A stretch of 64,000 bases of DNA from Candidatus Nomurabacteria bacterium (GCA_023898565.1 CP060228.1:240594-304593), one strand, 5' to 3'. Positions 32,755 to 43,500 are shown, counted from the first letter of the stretch. Numbers and translations are program-made. The notes: generated from the sequence alone by a model not told the origin.

Positions 32755-33854
32755 TGAAACCCTCAGCCGACCAAGCGTACGAGGCGTTTTGGGCCCGTCT
32801 ATCTCCTGCGTATCCCGTTTCTCGCGGCAGTCTTCGTTTGCCCATAGCTACAAAACTCACCTCGCTGCCAAATTTCGTACATAAAGAGATTCAAGAAGAA
32901 CTGAAAGCAATTTTACAAAAACTGCTTGATACACACGGCACGAAACAAAGCGCTGAGACTCGTGCTAAAAATGCTGGCGAGGATTTTATTACACCGTTAA
33001 TTACTGACGAATACACAGGAATTGTTCGCTTTGATTGCATTTGGGAGCCAGCTACTGGTTCGGTAAAAATTCTAGAGATTAACTGTGACTATCCTGACGG
33101 CCTACTACTTCATGACAGTACATATAGCGTACTGACGAGCACCGAAACCAACCTGCATCACAACTTATTCCTAGAACTACTTAACGAAGCCGAGTCTGTG
33201 TACGTGCTGCATAATGAACACGCTTTTTTTGTTGATAGTTACCATGCTGAACACAACAAACTTACTCATCATGGCAAGGAGAGTTTTATTGGATACGACG
33301 TCACTGAAATACCATCAAATGCAACTGTTCGCAGATGTCTTGAGACCAGCAAACTCACTCCAAAACAAGTCGAACGTTTAAAAAACAACAACCATCGATA
33401 CATCAACACTCTAGCTTTAAGAACTTTGGGCTATAAAGATTTACTTGCAACCATAAATCACTCTTTTGTTCCCAAAACAATCAAATTAACTTCTGAAAGT
33501 GTACCGGAAGTTACCTCCAGACAGTCCCAAATAGTCCTTAAGCCCGCAGATGGATGTGAGGGTTACGGTATATACTTTGGGCATCAAATAACCCCACTTG
33601 AGTGGGAATCGTTGGCGTATTCCTTACTTCAAAAGAACTATATAGCTCAAGAATTAGTTGAAATACCGAAACGCGCTGTTGATTTGTATGATAAAAACAC
33701 AGTAATAACTAAAGAGCTGTATTTTGACCTCTGTCCTCATTTCTTTGTTAAAAACGGTACTGTACTTGGCAGCGGACACACGTTAACTCGTTACTCTGAA
33801 AAGCAGATAGTAAATGTGTCTCAAGGTGGCGGCATTGGTTATTACGCTCTTTAA
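32754..33854 (+). CDS. ATP-grasp-like (GspS / circularly-permuted ATP-grasp type) family protein
   Basis: GIVRFDCIWEPATGSVKILEINCDYPDG resembles the pre-ATP-grasp/ATP-grasp core. The start overlaps the upstream stop (TAATG). Confidence 0.45.
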   Translation: MKPSADQAYEAFWARLSPAYPVSRGSLRLPIATKLTSLPNFVHKEIQEELKAILQKLLDTHGTKQSAETRAKNAGEDFITPLITDEYTGIVRFDCIWEPATGSVKILEINCDYPDGLLLHDSTYSVLTSTETNLHHNLFLELLNEAESVYVLHNEHAFFVDSYHAEHNKLTHHGKESFIGYDVTEIPSNATVRRCLETSKLTPKQVERLKNNNHRYINTLALRTLGYKDLLATINHSFVPKTIKLTSESVPEVTSRQSQIVLKPADGCEGYGIYFGHQITPLEWESLAYSLLQKNYIAQELVEIPKRAVDLYDKNTVITKELYFDLCPHFFVKNGTVLGSGHTLTRYSEKQIVNVSQGGGIGYYAL

Positions 33855-33887
33855 AAAGGCCGGCCCTCGAGAGGGCCGGCCTTTTTA
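33853..33887. terminator. bidirectional terminator
   Basis: aaaaaggccggccctcgagagggccggccttttt. Confidence 0.6.
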
Positions 33888-34784
33888 AATCCTATAGAAT
33901 CGCTTAGCATTCTCAACAAGCTGCTGCCGCACCACTTCCTCATCCATTCCCTTAATGGCCGCAATCTTTTTGTACACCTCAATCACCATCCATGGCTCGG
34001 CACGTTTGCCACGATGAGGCACCGGCGCCACGTACGGACAATCAGTCTCGCCATGCATAAGCTCAAGCGGCACCGCCTTCACCACCTCCTCATACACCGA
34101 TGCAAAGGTAATCACCCCAGTGAAAGAAACCGTGCCACCAATATCAAAAAACTTCTTAGCCTCATCGTAGGTGCCGGCGTAAAAATGCACATTGAACGGC
34201 ACTTTAGCGTACTGTTTGAGCACTTCATAGACATCCTCATACACACTGCGCCCAGTCGGACTCGCTTCCCCCGGCTTTGGATTGCGCGTATGAATCATAA
34301 GCGGTAAGTTATGCTCGTTCGCAAATTGTATCTGGGCGATAAAGTTTTGCTCCTGTGTCTCATAACTATCTGGCGCCGTGTGCCAATAATCAAACCCACA
34401 CTCCCCAACCCCCACTACCTTCGGCGCTTTGGCGAGCTCATGGTAAAAATCTGGATTGAACGACTCTATTCCCGAACGAGGAGAATCCTCGTCTTCTCTA
34501 CCCGGAACAGTGTAGATGGGATGCAGGCCGATAATTGCGTAGCAATTATCCCCTCCGGGGGCAACCTGCGCTCGCTCGGAAATATCGGAAATCTTTCCGC
34601 TATTTCGCTCGCTCGCTTGGTTGAACGTCCCATTTGCAATCTCCACCGCTCGCTTACTCGATGCTTCTCCAGTCCCTACATTTATAATCGCCACCTCATC
34701 AGCCACACATTGTGAAAGCACTACGTCTACATCCTCCGTAAAAGCCGCGAGATTCAAGTGTGCGTGAGTGTCGATGTATTTCAT
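33885..34784 (-). CDS. TatD-family metal-dependent hydrolase
   Basis: MKYIDTHAHLN... plus conserved His/Asp/Glu blocks; carries an internal insertion. Confidence 0.7.
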   Translation of the reverse strand: MKYIDTHAHLNLAAFTEDVDVVLSQCVADEVAIINVGTGEASSKRAVEIANGTFNQASERNSGKISDISERAQVAPGGDNCYAIIGLHPIYTVPGREDEDSPRSGIESFNPDFYHELAKAPKVVGVGECGFDYWHTAPDSYETQEQNFIAQIQFANEHNLPLMIHTRNPKPGEASPTGRSVYEDVYEVLKQYAKVPFNVHFYAGTYDEAKKFFDIGGTVSFTGVITFASVYEEVVKAVPLELMHGETDCPYVAPVPHRGKRAEPWMVIEVYKKIAAIKGMDEEVVRQQLVENAKRFYRI

Positions 34785-34786
34785 GG

Positions 34787-36211
34787 CTATTGCTCAAGTC
34801 GCGCAAATAAATTATCCGGCTTTTTGTTCTCTTTAATCGCAGTCAAAATAATCGCTGCGGTTTCTGGCATAAACGCCGCCAAAGCTTCTGCTACTTCATG
34901 CAGATCTTTTACCAGCTTCTGAATCATTTCCACCGCGGCTTCCTTGTCGGTCTTCACCACCTTAAATGGTTCATTTTCCGTGATGTATTCATCCATCTGC
35001 CCAATTGCATTCCATACTCCATCAAGCACCGTCTGGAATTCAAACCGCTCAAGTGCCGCATGATCCATGGTTGTTACATCTTTTGTGTCAACCGGGTCTT
35101 CAAGGTGCGTCTCGGCCATCTTCATAATACGCGCGGTGAGATTGCCCAGGCCATTCACAAGATTGGCGGTATACCACTCATCGAGTCTGTCCCAAGTTAC
35201 ATCGGTATCTTCAAATGGATGCACGTGACGAAGCAGCAGGTAGCGTGTCGCCTCTGCCCCATATTTGGCAGTAAGTTCAAATGGACTAATCACGTTCCCG
35301 AGTGACTTACTCATTTTTTGGCCACCACTATTGATAAAACCACCAATAAAAATCTGGGTTGAAGGCGGAAGCTCAGCCGAAAGGAGCATCGCCTGCCAAA
35401 TCGCACTCTGCTGACGCAAGTTGTCCTTACCAGCAAACTGCACGCCTGGCCACCAGCCGCCGAAGTCGGCCTGCTCTGGCCAACCTGTGACTGAGATGTA
35501 GTTGGTCAGAGCATCGAACCACACGTACATCACATGCTCCTCATCGTCTGGCACTGGCACGCCCCACGCCATTTTAGTCTTCAGACGAGACACACTAAAG
35601 TCTTGGAGACCACCTGCAACAAACTTCTTAATTTCGGCCAACCGAAAATCTGGCACGACGAAATTTTCTTGTGAAGCATACAAATCAAGCAACGCCTGCT
35701 GATAGTTTGAAAAGCGGAAGAAGTAGTTTTCCTCAGAGCGGATTTCAATTTCGTAATTTGGATGGAGCGGGCACTTGTCATCTTCAAGCTCTGAGTCGGT
35801 CTTTTCAAGCTCACACCCTTTGCAGTACTTCACCTCATGCTCCGCCTTATAAATATCCCCCTTCGCCTTGCAGCGTCGCCACATTTCCTGCGCAGCCAAC
35901 TTATGATGTGCGTCTGTTGTACGAACGAAATTTGCCTCCGGCAAAATGCCGAGCTCAGGCAACAGTTTCTTAAATTCATCAGCCAGCTCATCCACAAACA
36001 TCTGTGTATCCTTACCGAGCTCGAGCGCCTTATCGTAGATTTTCTGACCATGCTCATCAGTACCGGTATTCAAAAACACCGGATGCCCGAGCAGCTTGAA
36101 ATAGCGTGCGTAGGCATCAGCGCGCACCAACTCAGCCGCAAACCCAATATGCGGACTCGAGTTTACGTACGGAAGCGTTGTAGTGATGTATTTCGGTGTT
36201 TTTTCAGACAT
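34787..36211 (-). CDS. metG: methionyl-tRNA synthetase
   Basis: PYVNSSPHIGFA (HIGH-region variant reading HIGF), KMSKS, and CxxC zinc knuckles; start taken at M31. Confidence 0.8.
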   Translation of the reverse strand: MSEKTPKYITTTLPYVNSSPHIGFAAELVRADAYARYFKLLGHPVFLNTGTDEHGQKIYDKALELGKDTQMFVDELADEFKKLLPELGILPEANFVRTTDAHHKLAAQEMWRRCKAKGDIYKAEHEVKYCKGCELEKTDSELEDDKCPLHPNYEIEIRSEENYFFRFSNYQQALLDLYASQENFVVPDFRLAEIKKFVAGGLQDFSVSRLKTKMAWGVPVPDDEEHVMYVWFDALTNYISVTGWPEQADFGGWWPGVQFAGKDNLRQQSAIWQAMLLSAELPPSTQIFIGGFINSGGQKMSKSLGNVISPFELTAKYGAEATRYLLLRHVHPFEDTDVTWDRLDEWYTANLVNGLGNLTARIMKMAETHLEDPVDTKDVTTMDHAALERFEFQTVLDGVWNAIGQMDEYITENEPFKVVKTDKEAAVEMIQKLVKDLHEVAEALAAFMPETAAIILTAIKENKKPDNLFARLEQ

Positions 36212-36253
36212 AGTGAAATTACTGTAGCATAGAAAATACGTTTTGAGACATAA

Positions 36254-36374
36254 AGCAAACTGACGCAATGTGTAGGCCTCGCGGAGCAGCGGTTCAGTCA
36301 AGATACGAAGTGTCTTGACTGGTTCGCGTCGCGAGCGGAGAGCTTGACTCGTGCCTACTCATTGCGTCAGTTTG
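36254..36374. repeat. palindromic repeat element, copy 1 (~120 bp; terminal inverted repeats plus internal hairpin)
   Basis: The termini gcaaactgacgcaatg...cattgcgtcagtttgc enclose a core whose reverse complement matches 40421-40507 almost exactly. Confidence 0.6.
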
Positions 36375-36384
36375 CTCTTTGTTT

Positions 36385-37779
36385 TTATTTCAAGTACGCA
36401 GCTAGCTCAGCAATTGCCACACGCTCCTGCTCACCGGTATCACGATTGCGTACAGTCACGGTATCTTTCAGCGCTGGATTTTCTTCGCCGAGCGTATCAA
36501 AGTCAATTACCACACACGCCGGTGTACCAATTTCGTCTTGACGACGGTAGCGCTTGCCGATGTTGCCGTTGTCATCCCATGCCACGTTGCCAAACTCTTT
36601 CTTCAACGCCACAAAGACTTCACGCGCCTTCTCTACAAGCTGCGGCTTGTTCTTCAGGAGCGGTGACACCGCCACGCGATATGGTGCTAGTTCAGATGAC
36701 AAGCGAAGGACTGTACGAGTTTCCCCATTTAATTCATCCTCGTCATAAGCGTCACACAATACAGCCAAGAACATTCGACCCATACCCACTGATGTTTCAA
36801 GAATCCACGGAATGTACTTCTCTCCTGTTTCAGGATCTGTGAATCGTAAGTCTGTTCCCGAGAATTTTTGATGCTGAGTTAAGTCATAATCCGTACGGTC
36901 ATGAATTCCTTCCAACTCATCAAAACCTCCAGGGAAATTGTATTCGATATCCCAAGCATCAGCTGCATAGAACACCAAATTCTCATGCTGCTTAAAGCGA
37001 AGATTTTCTGGCTTGATACCAATAGATACGTACCAATCAAGTCGGTCTTGTTTAATCTTTTCGTATGCGGCTTTGTTTTCATGCGGCTTTACAAAAAACT
37101 GCGTGTCCGCCTGCTCCATTTCACGAGTACGGAACAAGAAGTTTCTCGGAGAAATTTCATTACGAAACGCCTTACCAATCTGAGCAATACCGAACGGAAG
37201 TTTTGGCGACATCGAATTAACAATGTTCTTATAGTTTAGATAGATACCTTGACAAGCCTCGCCCGGAAGATAAACCGGCTCAGCTCCTTCTGAAGTAAAG
37301 TCACCTAGGTTTGATTTCACAAGCAAATTGAATGCTTTAGCGGCAGTGAAGTTTTTCTGGCCGCACTTAGGACATGGAATCTTATCTCGATTTGCATCAA
37401 AAAGTTCATTGATTTCTGCCTCCGACATTTTCTCGTCAGCCGTTACTCCAACTCGCTCTAGCTCCTTGTCGACTCTAATGCGCGTATTACATTCCTTACA
37501 TTCTGCCAATGGATCTGAAAAGCCAGACGTGTGGCCACTCGCTTCCCAAACCATAGGATGTTTAAACATTCCCGAGTCTAGTCCATAGTAGTTCTCCTTG
37601 TCATATACATTAGCCTTCCACCACGCTTGCTTTAGATTATTGAGCAACTCCACGCCCATCGGACCATAATCAAACACCCCAGCTAACCCGCCATAAATCT
37701 CACTCCCCTGAAACACAAAACCGCGTCGCTTACACAGACTAGTTATTTTTTCCATTTTTTGATCAATGTTTTCTTTCAT
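36385..37779 (-). CDS. glyQS: glycyl-tRNA synthetase (alpha2 type)
   Basis: MEKITSLCKRRGFVFQGSEIYGGLAGVFDYGPMGVEL... with class II motifs; start at M56 (or M64 at 37755). Confidence 0.85.
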   Translation of the reverse strand: MKENIDQKMEKITSLCKRRGFVFQGSEIYGGLAGVFDYGPMGVELLNNLKQAWWKANVYDKENYYGLDSGMFKHPMVWEASGHTSGFSDPLAECKECNTRIRVDKELERVGVTADEKMSEAEINELFDANRDKIPCPKCGQKNFTAAKAFNLLVKSNLGDFTSEGAEPVYLPGEACQGIYLNYKNIVNSMSPKLPFGIAQIGKAFRNEISPRNFLFRTREMEQADTQFFVKPHENKAAYEKIKQDRLDWYVSIGIKPENLRFKQHENLVFYAADAWDIEYNFPGGFDELEGIHDRTDYDLTQHQKFSGTDLRFTDPETGEKYIPWILETSVGMGRMFLAVLCDAYDEDELNGETRTVLRLSSELAPYRVAVSPLLKNKPQLVEKAREVFVALKKEFGNVAWDDNGNIGKRYRRQDEIGTPACVVIDFDTLGEENPALKDTVTVRNRDTGEQERVAIAELAAYLK

Positions 37780-37837
37780 ATTTCTTTCGCTTTTCAGCTC
37801 CGTCCAGCGATTTGCCCTAGGTCTTGGGCAACATGAA

Positions 37838-39790
37838 TTATCTAACCACTGCCCCGTCCCCCTTTTCAAATCCCATTTCGGTTGAGAGTTCAGTTGTAAC
37901 AGCTCCCGCAGAATCTTGCAAGAGCACACCGGTATAGCGATCATTAGCCTTCAAAGACTGCGGTCGCACGAGCACCGGACTAGTTCCAAGCTGAGAGAGA
38001 CTTGGCTGAATGCTCACCTGAAAGGTAAGTTCTTTTCGCTGACCGCGCGTGATGTCACCAATATCCCAAACCATATTTTTTGATACGGTATTGTATGTCA
38101 ATGTACCATCACCTTCGTACATATCGAGCCAGTTAACATAAATCGGCAAGCTAGTCTCCACAATCGCATTCCCGACGTTATTGGCACCAGCTTCAGCCAC
38201 CAGCGTAACCGCGTACGTAGTAAACTCACCAACTTTCGGCGGAATCGGGCCGCTGCCAGTAAAGCTACCGGCGTCCCTGCTTACCTGACTTCTCATTGCA
38301 ACGTGTGATGAGTACTTAGCCTCCGCAGTAACCGAACCAATGAGTGTTTCTTGAGCGCTTGTCTCAGCCACGCGTCTCGCATAGACATTTACCACCATGT
38401 TAAAAAAGGCTTCTGTTCTAAGCGGTCCTGGATTCAGGCTAAAACTAAGTCCGCGCGTATCTCCAGGATTGATTTGTGCAAAGGAAGGATTGTTGGAAAC
38501 TTCCCAACGGACCGTGCCGGTATTTGAGTCATAGAAGCCGTTGCTACTTGCAATCGAATCTTCGTCAAGTGCATTGCCTCCCGGCACCACCTCAACAATC
38601 ATGTCATACACCGATTCTTCAAGCGTATTCTTGATATTAATTCCTACACTAGAACCATCCGCCTCTGGCAAAATGGCAGAACCATCACGATCACCATTGA
38701 TGGAAATTGCCACATCAATAAATGGCCGTTCAATAATAAAATCGGCTCGTGCATCGGTCAGTGTCGATCCGACGAGATACTGGTTGTCTGGATTAGCTGG
38801 ACCCGCTGCAAAATTGATACGGAAGGTTTCATCTGTTAAGCCACGGACAATCCCCCGTAATTTAATGGTGGTGCTAGCTTCCGGCAGCAGCTTATCAATC
38901 TTCCACACATTTTCTCCGTAAATTGGCGCAGGCGTAGATGATTCAAAATCAAATCCATTTGGATACGACGCGGTGATGAGTATATCCTCAAGTGGTGATG
39001 AGGCGTTTGAAACGGCAGTGATGGTTAGGTCGACCCGCTGTCCCGACGCAACTTTTTCAACATTATCTATACGAAGCACTAGTGGCGACGAGCTAATTCG
39101 AAAGGCAAGCGGATTTGCGTCTTTGTAAAACATGCCATTAGAACCGTTAATACGATACTCTACCGAAGCCTCAATCTTTTTCTCAGCGTTTTCTTCACCA
39201 AATACAGCCACTTTGACTGGTACTTTTTGTATTTCCCCCGGACCGACATCATCGAGCGGAATTCGCTCTTCGAATAAATTTCGTGGGGAGTCTCCTACTG
39301 AGCGCGTGCCATTTGGATATCGCAAAATCAAGGTCGCCGATTCAATCGGAACAGTATTTTGGTTGGCCACCAAGACTTCAAGTGACATCACTTCACCACC
39401 ACCAATGAGTGACTGACCTTCAATCGTGACCTGGATATTATCACTGGAAATTTGGTTACCACCAAAATACCAGAACATAGTTGATATAAGCGCCACAAAG
39501 GCAAAAATGAAGAAGCTCCCTAGGAGCACAAAACTACGATAATGCCGTCGCGGTGACTGCACGCTGGGAGCCTCAGACAACCCGGACTCTTCACCAGCAG
39601 CAGCCATACCTTGCCGAAGATCGTTTGTATCGCCACGACGCGCTTGACTGGGCAAGCTCCAATTCCGCGATACATCTACTTTTTCATCGGTCAGCTGGTG
39701 CCGAGCGGCTTTCTCAGCTTCTGCTCCTCGATCATACAGACGCTTACGCATCTCATCGAGATTATCCTGTGATTGTAGTGGCTTCATCAT
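37838..39790 (-). CDS. membrane-anchored large extracellular protein (repeated beta-sandwich domains), hypothetical
   Basis: A cytoplasmic N-terminus and single TM helix are followed by ~550 aa of repetitive beta-rich sequence. Confidence 0.5.
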   Translation of the reverse strand: MMKPLQSQDNLDEMRKRLYDRGAEAEKAARHQLTDEKVDVSRNWSLPSQARRGDTNDLRQGMAAAGEESGLSEAPSVQSPRRHYRSFVLLGSFFIFAFVALISTMFWYFGGNQISSDNIQVTIEGQSLIGGGEVMSLEVLVANQNTVPIESATLILRYPNGTRSVGDSPRNLFEERIPLDDVGPGEIQKVPVKVAVFGEENAEKKIEASVEYRINGSNGMFYKDANPLAFRISSSPLVLRIDNVEKVASGQRVDLTITAVSNASSPLEDILITASYPNGFDFESSTPAPIYGENVWKIDKLLPEASTTIKLRGIVRGLTDETFRINFAAGPANPDNQYLVGSTLTDARADFIIERPFIDVAISINGDRDGSAILPEADGSSVGINIKNTLEESVYDMIVEVVPGGNALDEDSIASSNGFYDSNTGTVRWEVSNNPSFAQINPGDTRGLSFSLNPGPLRTEAFFNMVVNVYARRVAETSAQETLIGSVTAEAKYSSHVAMRSQVSRDAGSFTGSGPIPPKVGEFTTYAVTLVAEAGANNVGNAIVETSLPIYVNWLDMYEGDGTLTYNTVSKNMVWDIGDITRGQRKELTFQVSIQPSLSQLGTSPVLVRPQSLKANDRYTGVLLQDSAGAVTTELSTEMGFEKGDGAVVR

Positions 39791-39813
39791 ATGCTTTTAA
39801 GTATACCACCGCC

Positions 39814-40404
39814 CTAGAGATGACTCGCCTTCACCGCATGGGCATAGAGTTTGGCAATACCAGTTTCAAATGATTTTGCGTATAAGTCTGGAATCTCAAT
39901 CACCGATGCAGCTCGGAGCGATTCTGGTATGTACGTCATGTCTACGTACCCCAACTGTCCCAAAAGCCGCACCTGCACCACCTGCTCTACAAACGTCCGC
40001 TTAGACAGCTTGCCGAGCAGTGATTCAAGTGAGGTTATTACTTCATCAAAAAACTGCGGCTGCGCCTCCTCGCCATGCACAAACCGTCGCAACAGCCGCA
40101 CCAAACTCACTACGCTCCCGCGCGCTTCTTTACTATCCGCTTCATGATAGAAATTTCTAAGCGGCTCAATACTCCCAATCCGCCAACCTGCCTTCCCCTT
40201 TACCAATGACACACGAAGGTAGGTAAAATCCTGCAGTGCATAGCGTTGGCGCGAGCGCTCCTCGCGCACACTGCGCGCATCAGCAAAAAGCATACCGGCC
40301 TCACGGGTAAACAGCAAAAAAGACCGGTCGGCAGTATTCCGGTCTCTCGTGCCACAGACTAATGCTTCGGTTGTGTAGGTTTCGTAGGCCATAAAGTATT
40401 GCAT
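39814..40404 (-). CDS. recO: DNA repair protein RecO (short form)
   Basis: The N-terminal OB fold TEALVCGTRDRNTADRSFLLFTREAGMLFADARSVREERSRQRYALQDFTYLRVSL matches the RecO pattern; start at M9. Confidence 0.6.
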   Translation of the reverse strand: MQYFMAYETYTTEALVCGTRDRNTADRSFLLFTREAGMLFADARSVREERSRQRYALQDFTYLRVSLVKGKAGWRIGSIEPLRNFYHEADSKEARGSVVSLVRLLRRFVHGEEAQPQFFDEVITSLESLLGKLSKRTFVEQVVQVRLLGQLGYVDMTYIPESLRAASVIEIPDLYAKSFETGIAKLYAHAVKASHL

Positions 40405-40407
40405 CTC

Positions 40408-40520
40408 ATTGTCAGTTTCTGCAGGCACGAGTCAAGCTCTCCGCTCGCGACGCGAACCTGTCAAGATGTTGCACATCTGGACAGAACCGCTGCTCCGCGA
40501 GGCCTGCCGAAACTGCCACT
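40408..40520. repeat. palindromic repeat element, copy 2
   Basis: cattgtcagtttctgcaggcacgagtcaagctctccgctcgcgacgcgaacc...gaaccgctgctccgcgaggcctgccgaaactgccactg is the reverse complement of the copy-1 core, with similar termini. Confidence 0.6.
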
Positions 40521-40542
40521 GAATACAAGAGACTGATGATGA

Positions 40543-43500
40543 TTACACCTTCAAAATCGCAAAGACAAACTCGTAGTCGTCCGCCTGCACACTTTCTCCT
40601 TCTGTCTCAGCGAAGACGAGCTTGCTTGCGCCCACAGTCTTAGTGAGCAGTTCACGATGCAGTTCGATTGCCTGTTGACCAGCTTCATTCGTGGCAATCG
40701 TGAGCGTGACTGCATCGCTCGGCGCAAGACCTTCGGTCTTGCGCCGCCCCTGAATAGCCCGCATCAGTTCACGCACCGCCCCTTCAGCAATGAGTGCTGG
40801 AGTAAGATTTGCATCAATCATTACTGCATTTTCAATGTTTGAATCATGACTAACCATCTTTACGTTAACCTCATCTCTCACAAGAGATTGAAATGGCTCA
40901 TATAAACCACCATTCAAATCTCTAACACGCAACTCATTCAATGGTTGCCGCACTTTAATATTAGTCTTTGACCGATCTTCTAGTGCCATCGTAATTAACT
41001 CTCTAGTCTCTCTCATTTTTAGAATAATTTCCTCATCAACCTCCCCTCCCTCTGGCCACGCGCCGAGGTGCACGCTTTCAGCATCATCGTCTTCTTTCAC
41101 CGCCTGCCAGAGATACTCAGCGTAAAACGGCATGACTGGCGCCATTACGAGCGCGAGCGTCCGGAGCGTGTAGCGGAGGGTAGCGAGCGCTCGGTCTCTA
41201 TCAGCTGCATCGTCGCCTTTAAGACGCTCTCGTGAGCGACGCAAATACCACACCGACAGATCATCAATAAAGTCTGTCAGTGGGCGCACTGCCTTATCAA
41301 GCTCATACTTTTTATATCCTTCGGTCGATTCAGCAATGAGCTGATTGAGTCGCGCAAGCACCCAGCGGTCGAGCACGTGGGTCGAATCATTGGCCGCCGG
41401 CGCTGCAGCAAACATTTGGTACATCGTGAGCACGTTATGCAGCCGACCGATATTCTTGCGCTGCAATTCGAGCACTTCTTTTTCTGAGAAGCTCAAGTCT
41501 TCTCCGCGCACTACTGGTGATGAGAGCAAGTAGAAGCGCATCGCATCAATCCCTACTCGATCAGCCAGCTCCATTGGGTCAGGATAATTCTGCAGCGACT
41601 TCGACATCTTCTTGCCATCTTCGGCGAGCACCAGCCCGTTCACAATCACATTCTCATACGGCGATTTACCAAAGAGTGCTGTGCCAAGCACAATGAGCGA
41701 ATAGAACCAGCCACGGGTTTGGTCGAGTCCTTCAGCAATAAACTGCGCTGGGAAATTTTCAGTCTCAAAGGTGTCCTGGCACGCAAACGGGTAGTGAAAC
41801 TGTGCGTATGGCATCGAACCACTTTCAAACCAACAATCAAACACATCTGGAATACGCTCTATCTTCACGCCATTATCAAAGAGCTCAATATCGTCGATGT
41901 ATGGCCGATGGAAGTCGAGCTCATAGAAGTCGTTGTGCGGCATTGGTGTAAACGGCAGTGCGCGAAGCTCCGCATTCGCGAGGTCATATGAATTATCTTC
42001 GATATGCTTGGCTGCCACCTCCGCACTGTCGCCCTTAGCGACTGCCTGGAGCATCTGCATCGTGCCGTTGTGTGAGACAACGAGCACCTTCTTCCCTTCC
42101 AGCTTTGCATTTACTTCGTAGAGGAATGCACCAGTACGCGTTCGTACATCATTCCAATTCTCACCACCCTCCGGACGCTTCGTAAGCCGGTCCATACCAG
42201 TCTCATAAAATGCGTGGTACTCATCTACCTGCTTCCCTTCAAATTCACCAAACGACATTTCAAGAAGTCGATCATCAGCAATGAGCATATCCGAAGAAAG
42301 CCCAAGTTCGGCCGCGACTGCCTCGGCCGTTTCTTTGGTGCGCTGGAGTGGTGAGTAATAGATATAATCAATGCCGGTTTCGCGGAGCTCAGCCGCCAAA
42401 GCCTTCACCTGCTCCTTGCCAGTTTCCGTGATGCCATTTTCTACCCCGCTCTCACGATTAAGGACCCCTTTGGTATTAAGGGCAGACTCCGCATGACGAG
42501 TAATAAAGAATTGATTTCCGTAATCTGGAACATGTTTTTGTAATTCAGCCAAACTGCCGAAAATCTTAACTTGTCCATTGGCGGTATTACGCCAAATTGG
42601 CAGCGGTGCACCCCAATAGCGCTGCCGGCTAACCGCCCAATCACGAGCACCTTCGAGCCACTTACCAAAGCGATTTTCTCCCACGTGTCCTGGCACCCAA
42701 CCAACAGTATTATTGGCCGCCAAAAGTTGGTCTTTGATTTGTGGCACGTCCACAAACCACGACGTCGTCGCGTAATTAAGCAGCGGTGTGTCACAGCGCC
42801 AACAGTGCGGATAGCTGTGCGAAATCTTCTCCTTCGCAAACAACCGACCACGAGCAGCCAGCGCGCGAATTACCTCGATGTCAGCATCCATATGCGTAAT
42901 GTCACCTTCATCTTTTGGCTTCACGAGCTGCCCAGCAAAATCCGTCACGAAGTCTTCGAAATGCCCCGACTCAGTCACATGATGCTTTACTGGAATACCA
43001 TGCGCCTGCCCCAGCTTCATGTCATCTTCACCATAGGCTGGCGCGATATGTACGATGCCAGTTCCTTCCTCACCGACTTCCACAAAGTCAGCATGGAGCA
43101 CCGTCCAGGCGTGTTCGCCGGCTTCTGCTACTTGCTCGCGCAGCCATGGGAATGGCGGTTCATACTTTTTTCCGAGCAATTCAGAGCCCTTAAGTACTTC
43201 AATTTGATTTGGATAAAAATCAGCAAATACCCCCCAATCACCAGCAGAGTTTGTAATATTTTTTTCTAACTCTTCCCTGTCAAAAAGCTGATCTAAGGCT
43301 GACATCACACTTCTTCCGCTGTTTAGATTCTTCCAGAAAATTTCTTTACTTAAAATGTAAGCACCTGGAGAAACAACAGAAGACTCATCAACATCATCAG
43401 ATTCTGACTTAACCCAAGTTTCAGAAGTTCTGTTTAAGTGTACATTTTTCACTTTCACATACTCAATCTCCTGATTGACCGCGAGCGCCATATTCCCTGG

